Shown piece by piece: positions 28,284 through 37,919 of a DNA stretch of 55,411 nt. The stretch comes from Clostridia bacterium (lineage in GTDB: Bacteria > Bacillota > Clostridia > Oscillospirales > CAG-272): positions 1 to 55,411 of the forward strand of contig JAFVZV010000015.1 of NCBI GenBank assembly GCA_017507985.1. The letters are read 5' to 3'. The translations under genes and the position numbers were made by a program. The notes below the pieces were generated by a model. That model was given only the letters and a program-made list of their open reading frames with translations, made no database searches and was not told the DNA's origin. Each line of letters begins with the position of its first letter. The stretch's first letter is position 1.

Positions 28284-28763
28284 TTATCTTCTTTTTCTTT
28301 TTCGCTTTTTGGGGGCGTAAGCGCCCATCACGGCACCGATCAGTGAAAACGCCAGGACACCGCCACGCAGTCCCCAACGCAAGCCCGATGGCCATTGCCC
28401 ACGCAGCTCGTCGGGAAGCAGATAGGAGAGAACAAAATAGAAAAACAATAGCGCCAGCGCACTCAACGTGCCGCATAACAGCGGCGAGATGCGGCAGGAA
28501 CGATAGGCAACAAGACCGCCGATCAGCGGCGATATTGCCATAACGCAAAGAGAAAGCGGCACGACCAGGGCATCGGGGTCGGCGGTGGCATAGGCAACGG
28601 CAGCAGTAATCGCCGACAGCACAATCGTTGCCAAGAGCGCAAACAGACATCCGCGCGCGGTGGCTTTGGCCAATCGCAACGGGGGGGTTGCACTTTCAAT
28701 AGGGCGCTCTGCTGTGCGCGGTCTTTTTTGGGTTGTATGCGAACGTTTTGCGGTCGTTTTCAT
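28284..28763 (-). CDS. small multi-pass membrane protein (TIGR04086/YrzE-like by recollection)
   Basis: Start at ATG behind GGAGG. Basic N-terminus, four hydrophobic segments, KKRKRKRR tail. Confidence 0.6.
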   Translation of the reverse strand: MKTTAKRSHTTQKRPRTAERPIESATPPLRLAKATARGCLFALLATIVLSAITAAVAYATADPDALVVPLSLCVMAISPLIGGLVAYRSCRISPLLCGTLSALALLFFYFVLSYLLPDELRGQWPSGLRWGLRGGVLAFSLIGAVMGAYAPKKRKRKRR

Positions 28764-28826
28764 ATGTTGCCTCCGTTTTGCTTGTCTTGCTTCAATATAT
28801 GCCAAAGAGAGGAATCATATGACAGG

Positions 28827-28858
28827 TCAAAAGAAAACGGGCTGCAAAAACAGCCCGT
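28827..28858 (-). terminator. Rho-independent terminator after yajC
   Basis: On the minus strand, acgggctg-ttttt-gcagcccgt followed by TTTCTTTT. Confidence 0.7.
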
Positions 28859-28862
28859 AATC

Positions 28863-29228
28863 TTATTTGTCGGATTTTTCTTCGTTCTTTGCTGCTTTTT
28901 CAGCCGCCTCTACGGTGTCTGCCGCATGGACATCGACACTGCGAATGGCATTTTTAAGAATGTGCAGTTTGGTACGGTCCTTGCCCGTTTCGATGACAAC
29001 CGTCTCTTCGGTGACCTTGACAACACGACCGATGATGCCGCCGATGGTGGTGATCTCATCACCAATCATGAGCGAATTACGCATATCATTTGCCTCGCGC
29101 TCCTGCTTTTTCTGAGAGCGGTTCATGAAGAAGAAAACGGCAACGACAGCGACCACCATCAATATAGTGGGAATGATGCTGCCCGTGGGAGCAGGGGCCT
29201 CGCCTTCCAGAAGCTTCAAAAAAATCAT
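28863..29228 (-). CDS. yajC: preprotein translocase subunit YajC
   Basis: Single TM followed by ..RSQKKQEREANDMRNSLMIGDEITTIGGIIGRVVKV, the YajC signature region. RBS AAGGAGGAA. Confidence 0.85.
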   Translation of the reverse strand: MIFLKLLEGEAPAPTGSIIPTILMVVAVVAVFFFMNRSQKKQEREANDMRNSLMIGDEITTIGGIIGRVVKVTEETVVIETGKDRTKLHILKNAIRSVDVHAADTVEAAEKAAKNEEKSDK

Positions 29229-29348
29229 ACGTTCCTCCTTGGAATTTACATTATTAATACTATTGTACCCGATATTGGCAAAAAATGCAAGAGGGTAATT
29301 GTAAATATTCTGTTCTTTTTTGCATCAAGGGAAAGTTGCTATGGGCTA

Positions 29349-29377
29349 TTGCAAAAAATAAATTTATATGCTATAAT
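29349..29377 (+). promoter_or_regulatory. sigmaA-type promoter with extended -10, upstream of rimM
   Basis: TTGCAA (29349-29354), 17 nt spacer ending in TGc, TATAAT (29372-29377). Confidence 0.75.
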
Positions 29378-29430
29378 AAACTATGTATGTAAACCAAAAA
29401 AGGAAAAAGCGACGGAAGGGGGCAAGTCTT

Positions 29431-29946
29431 ATGGCAAAGTGCGAATATCTGGAGTGTGGCAAGGTACACAATACCCACGGGTGCCATGGTTGGGTCAAGG
29501 TAGAATCTTATTGCGACTCGCCCACCGTGTTGGCCTCATTGCCTCAAGTCTACCGTTTTGTCTCCGGACAGTATGTGCCCTTGCGCGTGCTTCAAACCGG
29601 GCGCAAGCAGGAAACGGTTCTGATGCAGTTAGAGGGTATTGACGACATGGACAAGGCTGAACTGCTCAAGGGTGAGGTACTGTACGCTCGCCGCGCGGAC
29701 ATTCCTTTGTCGGCTGACGCGTATTTTTTAGCTGATCTGCCCGGACTTTCCGTGATTGACGCGGATGATGAAAATAAAATTTACGGCAGTGTCAAGGAGC
29801 TCAGCTTCGCAGGAGGACGCGATATGCTGGTTGTCCGTACGCCGTCAGGCGAGCGATTGCTCCCGATGGTGGATGCTTTTTTGATCCGTGTGGATGTGGA
29901 ACGTGGCGTATATGTACGTCCCATTCCGGGATTGCTTGAAGATTGA
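29431..29946 (+). CDS. rimM: 16S rRNA processing protein RimM
   Basis: G(K)VHNTHGCHGWVKVESY N-terminus, PRC-barrel C-terminus. RBS GGAAGGGGG. Confidence 0.85.
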   Translation: MAKCEYLECGKVHNTHGCHGWVKVESYCDSPTVLASLPQVYRFVSGQYVPLRVLQTGRKQETVLMQLEGIDDMDKAELLKGEVLYARRADIPLSADAYFLADLPGLSVIDADDENKIYGSVKELSFAGGRDMLVVRTPSGERLLPMVDAFLIRVDVERGVYVRPIPGLLED

Positions 29947-29982
29947 TCATGGTTTGATTTTGATGGAAAGGTGGTGGATCGA

Positions 29983-30804
29983 ATGCCCATGCGATTTGAT
30001 ATTATGACGCTGTTTCCCGAGCTGGTGGATACGGTGCTTGGCTCGAGTATCATCGGGCGTGCCCAAAAGAGCGGCGCGTTGACGGTTGCGACGCATCAGA
30101 TCCGCGACTACTCCGAGGACAAGCACCGCCGCGTGGACGATACGCCCTATGGTGGCGGCAAGGGAATGCTCATGGCGGCACAGCCGATTTGGAACTGCTA
30201 TCAAGGCGTGCTTGCCCAAGCAGGGGAAGACGATAACGTGCGTCGTCATGTCATTTATTTGACCCCGACAGGCAAGGTTTTGACGCAACAACGCGCGACC
30301 GAATTGGCACGGGATTATGATCATTTGATTTTGCTTTGTGGCCACTACGAGGGTGTTGATCGCCGCGTGGTGGATGAAATCGTGGACGAGGAGATCTCCA
30401 TTGGCGATTATGTGCTGACAGGGGGCGAGATCCCGGCCTGTATTCTTACGGATTGCGTGGCGCGCATGGTGCCGGGGGTTCTTGCTGATGAAGAATGCTA
30501 CGAAAAGGAAAGCATTGCTTCGGGACTGCTCGAATATCCGCAGTATACCAAGCCCGCTGTTTGGCGCGGCAGAGAGGTGCCTCCAGTGTTGCTTTCGGGA
30601 GACCATGCGAAGGTGGATGCCTATCGTTTGGAAACCGCCATTGCGCTGACTGAGCGCAATCGTCCCGAATTACTGGAGGCGTGGCGCGCAGCGCATCCGC
30701 CCGTTGAGCCCAAAAAGAAGCGTTGCAAAAGAACAGCCTGTGCGCAATCAATGACCGCGGAACCGCTTGCCAATGAAAAAACGGAAGGGGAGGTGCTCTG
30801 TTGA
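29983..30804 (+). CDS. trmD: tRNA (guanine37-N1)-methyltransferase TrmD (with ~30-aa C-terminal extension)
   Basis: MRFDIMTLFPE, GGGKGMLM, LLCGHYEGVDRRV, SIGDYVLTGGE. Confidence 0.9.
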   Translation: MPMRFDIMTLFPELVDTVLGSSIIGRAQKSGALTVATHQIRDYSEDKHRRVDDTPYGGGKGMLMAAQPIWNCYQGVLAQAGEDDNVRRHVIYLTPTGKVLTQQRATELARDYDHLILLCGHYEGVDRRVVDEIVDEEISIGDYVLTGGEIPACILTDCVARMVPGVLADEECYEKESIASGLLEYPQYTKPAVWRGREVPPVLLSGDHAKVDAYRLETAIALTERNRPELLEAWRAAHPPVEPKKKRCKRTACAQSMTAEPLANEKTEGEVLC

Positions 30805-32753
30805 ATTCTTATAACCGACGTTCAACGCGCCGCAAAAACGGCGTGATATTGCACGGACTTCACTGTGCCTCTGCATGGTTATATGCCCTGATCTTAAACA
30901 GCGCGTTGGGGCGGTATTTGACCAATTATCGCAAAACAAACGATGCGCTTTCCGATGGTTTCCTTCGACGGTCGTTGCGCAGTAAGCGCAAGAGGTCTGA
31001 CCGCTTGACCTTCCGCTTCCGTCAGAAGGTCTCGGCGATGATTGAAAAAAGCCTGTTTTGCCGCATGGTTACGGCAATCGAACGGGCATTGCTGCAATGC
31101 AGCTTGAATTCTTACGGTGTCTTTTTGCTGTTCTTTGGTTGCTATTCTATTGTGGCCTATTATGTTACGGCAAATCTGATGCCCGAACGCTCACACGTTA
31201 GCTATCTCATTACGGGCGGCTTGATGGTATTGGCCTCGTTGCCGCTATTTGCGTCTACTCGCTCGTTGGCCTATTCACTTCGCACCAGCCGCTTCTTTCG
31301 ACTTTTGCTCATCGAGACGCTGGGCATCGCGGAGGAGAGATTCCGTTTCTATCATGATAAGGGGAAGGAGCGGTATATTGCGGCACTGATCTTTTCATTT
31401 ATCTTCGGATCGTTGACCTTTTTATATTCTCCGCACGCGATTTTGTCGGTGGTTGCTGCTATTATCCTGCTTTTGATGATACTGCGCAATCCCGAAATCG
31501 GCATGTTGCTGTCTGTTGCACTGTGCCCCTTTATGACGCTGACCGAGCGCCCAACCCTTTCGTTGATGGTGCTCGTGGTACTGTCGCTGTTTAGCTTTGT
31601 GGTCAAGCTGCTGTGCGGCAAGCGCGTATGGCGCTGGGAACTGACCGATGCGGCGGTTGCACTGTTGTTGTTGATGTATATTTTTGGCGGCGTCGTGACA
31701 CGCGGAGGGCGCGCTTCGCTTGAAAGTGCGTTGATGTATGCTGCGCTGATGAGCATTTACTTTATGGTCGCCAATTTGGTGCGCTCGCAGGACGCTGTCC
31801 GCCGGATGATGCACGTGTTGATCGGCTCTTGCACAATTGTGGCATTGATGGGGCTGTGGCAACGCTTTTTCTCAACGGTTGAGGTTGCCTATCTGGATCT
31901 GTCGCTGTTTTCCGATCTGGGCGGCCGTGTGTATGCAACGTGGGAAAACCCAAATATGTTGGCGGAGTATCTGGTGCTTTTGTTGCCGCTTGTTCTGTCT
32001 TGCCTTTTTGCCAAGGGTCGTGCTTTGCGAGGCTTTGGCTATGCCGTTTGTCTGTGCTTGCTGGGTGCGTGCTTGATCTTTACTTGGTCACGTGGTGCTT
32101 GGTTGGGTGCAGTGATCTCGATGTTTTTGTTTTTGCTTTGTCTGAATCACAAGGCGTTGAGCTATACCGTAGTTGCGGCGCTTCCCGTGGCAACGCTGTT
32201 GCCGCTGATCCCCGAACGTATCACTCGTCGCTTTTTGAGCATTGGTAATTTGGCAGATAGCTCTGTGCTCTATCGCCTCAACTTGTGGCAGGGAATCAAG
32301 GATATGTTGTCGGACCACTGGTTTGGCGGCGTCGGTGTCGGCGAGCGTGCGTTTTGCACGGTCTATGCCCGCTACGCCTTGCCGGGAATTGAATCGGCCA
32401 TGCACGCTCATAACTTGTATTTGCAATTGCTTTGTAGCTTTGGTGTGGTCGGTCTTGTGGTATTTGCATTGGCCATGCTGCTTTGGATGCGTCATGCGTT
32501 GGAATATTACCGTTATGGCGAGTGGCGTGGACCGCGGTTGGTCGTTTTGGGCGGCGTGATGGGAATCGTTGCGTTGCTGATCATGGGCTTGTTTGACGAC
32601 ATCTTCTATAACTACCGTATTTTCTTTATGTTCTGGACGGTGATGGGCTTGGTCACAGCTCAGCTTCGTATTGGCGAGCGTCTGTCAGAGCGCGCATATA
32701 ACCCTGTTGATGACGAGCGAACGCAGGGTGAAGTGACCTTCCGCTTCCATTGA
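30801..32753 (+). CDS. O-antigen ligase (Wzy_C)-family polytopic membrane protein
   Basis: TTG start overlapping the trmD stop, 8 nt after GGGGAGG. At least 10 hydrophobic segments and a TWSRGAWLGAV-type loop. Confidence 0.7.
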   Translation: MNSYNRRSTRRKNGVILHGLHCASAWLYALILNSALGRYLTNYRKTNDALSDGFLRRSLRSKRKRSDRLTFRFRQKVSAMIEKSLFCRMVTAIERALLQCSLNSYGVFLLFFGCYSIVAYYVTANLMPERSHVSYLITGGLMVLASLPLFASTRSLAYSLRTSRFFRLLLIETLGIAEERFRFYHDKGKERYIAALIFSFIFGSLTFLYSPHAILSVVAAIILLLMILRNPEIGMLLSVALCPFMTLTERPTLSLMVLVVLSLFSFVVKLLCGKRVWRWELTDAAVALLLLMYIFGGVVTRGGRASLESALMYAALMSIYFMVANLVRSQDAVRRMMHVLIGSCTIVALMGLWQRFFSTVEVAYLDLSLFSDLGGRVYATWENPNMLAEYLVLLLPLVLSCLFAKGRALRGFGYAVCLCLLGACLIFTWSRGAWLGAVISMFLFLLCLNHKALSYTVVAALPVATLLPLIPERITRRFLSIGNLADSSVLYRLNLWQGIKDMLSDHWFGGVGVGERAFCTVYARYALPGIESAMHAHNLYLQLLCSFGVVGLVVFALAMLLWMRHALEYYRYGEWRGPRLVVLGGVMGIVALLIMGLFDDIFYNYRIFFMFWTVMGLVTAQLRIGERLSERAYNPVDDERTQGEVTFRFH

Positions 32754-32784
32754 GCAGCTTCAATATAAGAAAGGATGAATTATT

Positions 32785-33381
32785 ATGGCAGAAAATAATA
32801 ACCGCCAGCCGGAGGAGATTTCTCTTGGCGAGGATAAAGATGCCCGTGCCCGTGCGAGGGTTAAGCGCAATGTTCAACGTTCGCGCAAGGGGAGTGGCTT
32901 GAATCTGTTTGATCTCTTTGTTATTTTTGTAGTCTTGGTCATTGTGGCGTTGCTGGTAATGGGTGTTCGTGTTTCCGATGTTTTTGGAGCGGATGATTCG
33001 GGCAGAGAATGTCGCATCGAATATCAGATCCGTTTTTCAGCCGTTGATGAAGCATTTGCACATGCCATCACCCAAGGTAACGCACTGTACGATGCCGATA
33101 CCAAGTCGGGTATGGGGGCTGTTTCGGCTATTGCTACAACACCGAGCAAGCTGATGCTCACGTTCTCCTCCGCGGAGGGTAAAGCAGGCGAGCTGGTCCC
33201 ACTGCCCGGCCGCGTGGATATCACGGTAACGATCACGGCAGATGCGATCTACACGAAGGGCGTTGGCTACACAATCAACAGCAGAGCCCTTCGCATTGGC
33301 GATTCCTATACGCTGCGTTTCCCCGGCTACGTGGGCAACGGTGTGTGCGTTAAGCTGACGGAAGTCGGAAATACAAAGTAA
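32785..33381 (+). CDS. DUF4330-like protein (N-terminal TM + beta-rich domain), paralogue 1
   Basis: Basic N-terminus, TM LFDLFVIFVVLVIVALLVMG, then a soluble domain. Family name is from memory. Confidence 0.55.
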   Translation: MAENNNRQPEEISLGEDKDARARARVKRNVQRSRKGSGLNLFDLFVIFVVLVIVALLVMGVRVSDVFGADDSGRECRIEYQIRFSAVDEAFAHAITQGNALYDADTKSGMGAVSAIATTPSKLMLTFSSAEGKAGELVPLPGRVDITVTITADAIYTKGVGYTINSRALRIGDSYTLRFPGYVGNGVCVKLTEVGNTK

Positions 33382-33394
33382 GGAGGTGGCAAGC

Positions 33395-33937
33395 ATGAAA
33401 AACGAAGAAAAGAATACGAAACGCTTTTGGCGACGCGGAAACGTGCTGGATATCGTCATCGTTTTGCTTGTGCTGGCTGCCGCCTTTGCCATCGGATACC
33501 GTTATTATCAAACAGCGGCAGAGAAGCAGCACGATACGCTTGATACCGTCATGGTGACCTTTGAGGTCAAGAGCGCACAGAGTGCAATTACCCAGGCGAT
33601 CAAAGCGGGCGACACGGTATATCTTGATAGTGCCGATTCGGCGCTTGGTCAGATCGCCGTGCATACCGCGGCAACGGACGGAACGCCCTTCGCTGTGAGT
33701 GCGGCCAAGGTCCTAGTTCAGGATGAAAGCGGCAATTACGTCGAGGTTGCGGTACCTGACGATTCGCCGATCGTCGATTTTGAGGGGACGGTATCTTGCC
33801 TTGGCTTTGTGGATGAGAACGGCACTTTTCTGTTGGGCGGACGCACGCCGATTACCCCCGGTCAGACCATTGCCGTACACACCGAACAAACCTCTTTTGT
33901 GCTGACGGTCGTGGCGTTGGACACTACTGAAAAATAA
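33395..33937 (+). CDS. DUF4330-like protein, paralogue 2
   Basis: ATG 8 nt after AGGAGG. Same architecture (VLDIVIVLLVLAAAFAIGYRYY + soluble domain). Confidence 0.55.
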   Translation: MKNEEKNTKRFWRRGNVLDIVIVLLVLAAAFAIGYRYYQTAAEKQHDTLDTVMVTFEVKSAQSAITQAIKAGDTVYLDSADSALGQIAVHTAATDGTPFAVSAAKVLVQDESGNYVEVAVPDDSPIVDFEGTVSCLGFVDENGTFLLGGRTPITPGQTIAVHTEQTSFVLTVVALDTTEK

Positions 33938-34067
33938 GACGCGGAGTGACCGATTTCGACTCGAAATATTACGCAAGCACCTGAAAAATCGCCGCTTATG
34001 TGAATTTTATGACATAATATCGTGGGCGGTTGCTGAAAATTTATGAAAAAGCACCACAAAGTTTTGC

Positions 34068-34096
34068 TTGATTTCATGCGACTTTTTTGATATACT
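34068..34096 (+). promoter_or_regulatory. sigmaA-type promoter with extended -10, upstream of ptsH
   Basis: TTGATT (34068-34073), 17 nt spacer ending in TGa, TATACT (34091-34096). 95-nt leader. Confidence 0.65.
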
Positions 34097-34191
34097 AAAT
34101 ATAGAAAAGTATGCTTGTCGGGTTGCGCCGATTGGACGCCCGACATAGGATAGATTGTGTTAAATTATGAAACAGGAGTGGCAAGGATAGT

Positions 34192-34458
34192 ATGATTTCC
34201 CGCGACGTTGTTATTGTCAATACCAGCGGTCTGCACGCAAGACCTGCGACCTTCTTTATTCAGAAGGCCAACTCGTTCAGAAGCACCATTTGGGTGGAAA
34301 AGGACGATCGCCGCGTCAATGCCAAAAGTCTGCTCGGCGTTCTTTCTCTCGGCATTGCCAAGGGAATGTCCATTACGCTGATTGCCGACGGTCAGGACGA
34401 GGTAGCGGCTCTTGATGGTCTTTCGCAGCTGATCGACAGCGGATTCGACAATAACTGA
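34192..34458 (+). CDS. ptsH: phosphocarrier protein HPr
   Basis: His15 site GLHARPA and Ser46 site KSLLGVLSLG. Confidence 0.9.
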   Translation: MISRDVVIVNTSGLHARPATFFIQKANSFRSTIWVEKDDRRVNAKSLLGVLSLGIAKGMSITLIADGQDEVAALDGLSQLIDSGFDNN

Positions 34459-34497
34459 ATTAGTTGCTCGTAAAGCGGTGTTACCGTGAGCAAACAG

Positions 34498-34565
34498 ACG
34501 GCGAGAGCGCAAGGGCCAAGGCCCGGCACCCAGGGTGCTATTTCGTGCTCGCGCCGTTCTTTTTT
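34498..34565 (+). terminator. large-loop hairpin terminator after ptsH
   Basis: acggcgagagc (34498-34508) pairs with gctcgcgccgt (34547-34557, 1 mismatch), with an inner gggcc/ggccc hairpin, then TCTTTTTT. Confidence 0.55.
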
Positions 34566-34588
34566 ACCAAACGACAAGGAGGTGCCCC

Positions 34589-36448
34589 GTGCAGAACGAA
34601 CATAAGACCACACCGATGCGTCTAGATCGTGATGCGTTGTTGCAAAAGGCCAACGAACTACCGCTTTGCCCGGGTGTCTATCTGATGCGCGACCGGTTGG
34701 GCAAGGTCATCTACGTCGGCAAATCGCGCAAACTGAAAAACCGCGTATCGCAATATTTTCAGAACGGTGAGAAAAACGTAAAGACGGCGCGTATGGTATC
34801 GCTTGTTGCTGATTTTGATTATTTTTTGTGTGACACCGAGATTGAAGCGTTGACGTTGGAAAACGCCCTGATCAAGCAATATTCGCCAAAATATAATATT
34901 CGACTCAAGGACGCCAAGTCCTATCCGTATATCAAAGTAACTGCCGAGGAATATCCGCGCCTGATCATGACGCGTACTCGCCAGGCCGATAAGGGCAAAT
35001 ACTTTGGTCCCTATTCGGGTGTGGCTACGGTGTTCTCGATTATCGATACACTCAAAAAGACGCTCGGCTTGCCCGACTGCAAGCATCGCTTTCCCCGTGA
35101 TATCGGCAAGATCCGCCCCTGCCTGTATCATCAGATGGGACGGTGCTGCGGCGTTTGCACAGGGCAGATCACGCCTGAGGAGTATCAAGCCCGTATCGAC
35201 ATGGCAGTTGATATTCTGCGTGGCAAAACGGCGCAGGTCAGACGACAGACCGAGGAGAGTATGCTCCAATGTGCCGAAGAGGAGCGATACGAGGCCGCGG
35301 CGACTTACCGCGACACGCTTCGCGCGCTTGACCGTCTGTCTGATCGCCAGAACGTGGTTGCCGCACCCGATACCGAGCAGGATGTGGTGGCGCTGTACAG
35401 CGATGACATTTGCTCCTGCATTTCGGTGTTTTATATCCGAAGCGGTGCAGTGAGCGATAAAAGCGATTTTGTGTTTGGCCGCGACCAACTGACCGAGGCA
35501 GGCGATTTGAGTGCATTCCTTTGCGAGCACTATCGCGTCCGCACCTATATTCCACATGAGATTTTGCTCTCCTTTTCCATGGAGCAGGAAGAACTTGAAA
35601 CAATCTCCGCTTATCTGACAGGGCTTGCGGGTCATCGTGTGATCGTGCGTGTACCCGAGCGAGGACGACTGCATACGCTATGCCGCATGGTTGAGGATAA
35701 CGCTCGCGAACGAGCTGAACGCCACCGCGCCGCATTGGAAAAGGATGATGGCGCGCTTATTCGCTTGGCACAGCTCTGCGGTCTTGAGGTCTATCCCGAG
35801 CGTATTGAGGCGTATGATATTTCCAACCTTGGCGCGGAACATCTGACGGCAGGGATGATCGTCTGCCGCGATGGGCAGTTCCGTCGGTCGGACTATCGCA
35901 CCTTCCATATCAAAACGGTGCAGGGAACGGACGACTATGCCAGTATGCGCGAGGCACTCTATCGCCGCTTGTCCCATCTTGGTGATGAGGATGGCTCGTT
36001 CTCGCAAGTACCGGATCTTATTTTGCTTGATGGCGGTCGGGGACACGTTGGTGTGATCCGACAACTGCTTGACGAGATGGGGCTGGATATCCCCGTGTTT
36101 GGTATGGTTAAGGATGATTACCATAAAACAAGGGCGCTGTGCACCGACACGGAGGAGATCAGTATTGCACGCGAGCAGCAGGTGTTTATGCTGCTGTACC
36201 GCATTCAGGAAGAGGTTCACCGCTACACTGTTTCCCGCATGGACGCGGCCAAGCGCAAGACGCTCAAAACCTCATCACTTGAAAAGATTCCCGGCATAGG
36301 AGCAATCAAGGCGAAAAAACTGCTTACGGCATTTGGAGGTCTTGGTGCAATTAAGCAGGCAAGTGTGCAACAAATAGCCGCCATCAAAGGTATCAGTGGG
36401 CGCGATGCCCAGGCGGTGTACGATTATTTCCATGTCAAAGGAAAGTGA
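34589..36448 (+). CDS. uvrC: excinuclease ABC subunit C
   Basis: GTG start 6 nt after AAGGAGG. GIY-YIG (PGVYLMRD..VIYVGKS..LKNRV), C-terminal HhH (IPGIGAIKAKKLL). Confidence 0.9.
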   Translation: MQNEHKTTPMRLDRDALLQKANELPLCPGVYLMRDRLGKVIYVGKSRKLKNRVSQYFQNGEKNVKTARMVSLVADFDYFLCDTEIEALTLENALIKQYSPKYNIRLKDAKSYPYIKVTAEEYPRLIMTRTRQADKGKYFGPYSGVATVFSIIDTLKKTLGLPDCKHRFPRDIGKIRPCLYHQMGRCCGVCTGQITPEEYQARIDMAVDILRGKTAQVRRQTEESMLQCAEEERYEAAATYRDTLRALDRLSDRQNVVAAPDTEQDVVALYSDDICSCISVFYIRSGAVSDKSDFVFGRDQLTEAGDLSAFLCEHYRVRTYIPHEILLSFSMEQEELETISAYLTGLAGHRVIVRVPERGRLHTLCRMVEDNARERAERHRAALEKDDGALIRLAQLCGLEVYPERIEAYDISNLGAEHLTAGMIVCRDGQFRRSDYRTFHIKTVQGTDDYASMREALYRRLSHLGDEDGSFSQVPDLILLDGGRGHVGVIRQLLDEMGLDIPVFGMVKDDYHKTRALCTDTEEISIAREQQVFMLLYRIQEEVHRYTVSRMDAAKRKTLKTSSLEKIPGIGAIKAKKLLTAFGGLGAIKQASVQQIAAIKGISGRDAQAVYDYFHVKGK

Positions 36449-36565
36449 CCTTTTCAACCATAATCTTTCCCCGATAGTCAATAACATTTCCTATAAAGTT
36501 TTTTGAAGATTCCAAAGAAGCTTTTTTAATAAAAGTTTCTTTGGCCGCCGGAGGCAATACCAATT

Positions 36566-37150
36566 ATGATGAGAATTATCACAGGCCGCGCACGCGGCAC
36601 GCACTTATATACGCTTGAGGGAGAGGCCACGCGCCCAACGTCCGAGCGAGCCAAAGAGGCGGTATTTTCCATGCTGCAGTTTGAGTTGGCGGGACGGACG
36701 GTGCTGGACTTGTTTGCCGGCTCGGGGCAGATGGCTCTGGAGGCTGTCAGTCGCGGGGCAGAGCGTGCCGTGTTGGTCGATGCATCGCCCAAAGCGGTTG
36801 AAATCATCAAAAAGAATGTCGTAAAGACCCACTTTGAAAAGGAATGCACCGTGCTGTGCGCTGACTATACCGATGTGCTGCGTACCCGCCGCCCCGGCAT
36901 GCCCGAGCGATTTGGCCTTGTGGTGCTTGATCCGCCTTATGCCAAACGGTTGGTCTGCCCGGCGTTGTCGCTGCTGTTGAAGGGGGACTGGTTAGAGGAT
37001 GACGCGTTCGTTGTTTGTGAGAGCGCCGAGGAGGATATTTTTGAGGGCAACGAGGCGATGGCATCACACTTTGAGGTGCGTCGCCGTGCCAAATACGGTG
37101 TGGCGTACGTAACGGTACTGTCCTATCACAAGGAGGAGCGTCATGAATAA
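36566..37150 (+). CDS. rsmD: 16S rRNA (guanine966-N2)-methyltransferase RsmD
   Basis: RIITG..RPTSERAKEAVFSML, DLFAGSGQMALEAVSRGA, VLDPPYA. Confidence 0.85.
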   Translation: MMRIITGRARGTHLYTLEGEATRPTSERAKEAVFSMLQFELAGRTVLDLFAGSGQMALEAVSRGAERAVLVDASPKAVEIIKKNVVKTHFEKECTVLCADYTDVLRTRRPGMPERFGLVVLDPPYAKRLVCPALSLLLKGDWLEDDAFVVCESAEEDIFEGNEAMASHFEVRRRAKYGVAYVTVLSYHKEERHE

Positions 37151-37664
37151 TCAAACCAAAGCGACCGTGGCTCTGTTGCCCGGCAGCTACGATCCTATTA
37201 CAGTAGGGCATATGGATGTCATCCGCCGCGCCGCTGCTCTGTTTGACCGTGTCTATGTCGCTGTCATGACCAACGATATGCGCGCCTACGTGGCCGACGC
37301 CAAGGTCAAGCAGTATATGTTTTCTATGGAGGAGCGTACCGAGCTGGCTCGCCTTGCTTGCGCGGAGTTTAGCAATGTTCAGGTCGTTTCTTCGAGCGGC
37401 CGCCTGATTGATCTGGTCGATGAAGTGGGTGCCGATATCATCATCAAGGGCGTGCGCAACGAGGCTGATTATGCCTACGAGCAACAGCATGCGCTGTATA
37501 ATCGCGCGCACAATCCTCGGGCGGAGACACTGTATTTGCCCGCTGATCCTGCCTATGATCACATCAGCTCGACGCTGGTGCGACAGTGTATTGAAGCGGG
37601 GCAGAGCATCGAACCTCTTGTGCCTGCTGCCGTCGCGGCGCGTATAGGACAGATGGGGAAGTGA
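37143..37664 (+). CDS. coaD: pantetheine-phosphate adenylyltransferase
   Basis: PGSYDPITVGHMDVI nucleotidyltransferase motif. 8-nt overlap with rsmD. Confidence 0.9.
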   Translation: MNNQTKATVALLPGSYDPITVGHMDVIRRAAALFDRVYVAVMTNDMRAYVADAKVKQYMFSMEERTELARLACAEFSNVQVVSSSGRLIDLVDEVGADIIIKGVRNEADYAYEQQHALYNRAHNPRAETLYLPADPAYDHISSTLVRQCIEAGQSIEPLVPAAVAARIGQMGK

Positions 37665-37672
37665 GGCGCGGC

Positions 37673-37912
37673 ATGGAACATTTGATGGACGTTGACTTTG
37701 ACAAGTACAAAAAGAAAAAGCCGCAGAAGAAGGACAAGCCGACCAACTGCGAAAGCTGTGTGCATTATGATTACGATGAAGATGCCGATGCATATGTGTG
37801 CGGAATGGATTTAGATGAGGACGAGCGGATGCGCTTTTTAGAGCGCAACACTCGTGCCTGCCCCTATTACCGCTATTACGATGAATATAAGAGTGTACAA
37901 AAACAGAATTGA
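37673..37912 (+). CDS. small Cys4 acidic/basic protein (79 aa; DUF6472-like by recollection)
   Basis: CESC..x13..C..x20..CPYY pattern, a Lys-rich then an Asp/Glu-rich segment. Weak RBS GTGAGG. Confidence 0.5.
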   Translation: MEHLMDVDFDKYKKKKPQKKDKPTNCESCVHYDYDEDADAYVCGMDLDEDERMRFLERNTRACPYYRYYDEYKSVQKQN

Positions 37913-37919
37913 CGAGGAC

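Noticed and set aside
28728-29642. 304-aa + strand ORF covering the yajC antisense strand, the rimM promoter and the rimM 5' end.
   Set aside because: It overlaps yajC (clear homology) on the opposite strand and reads through a consensus promoter. Its composition is junk-like.
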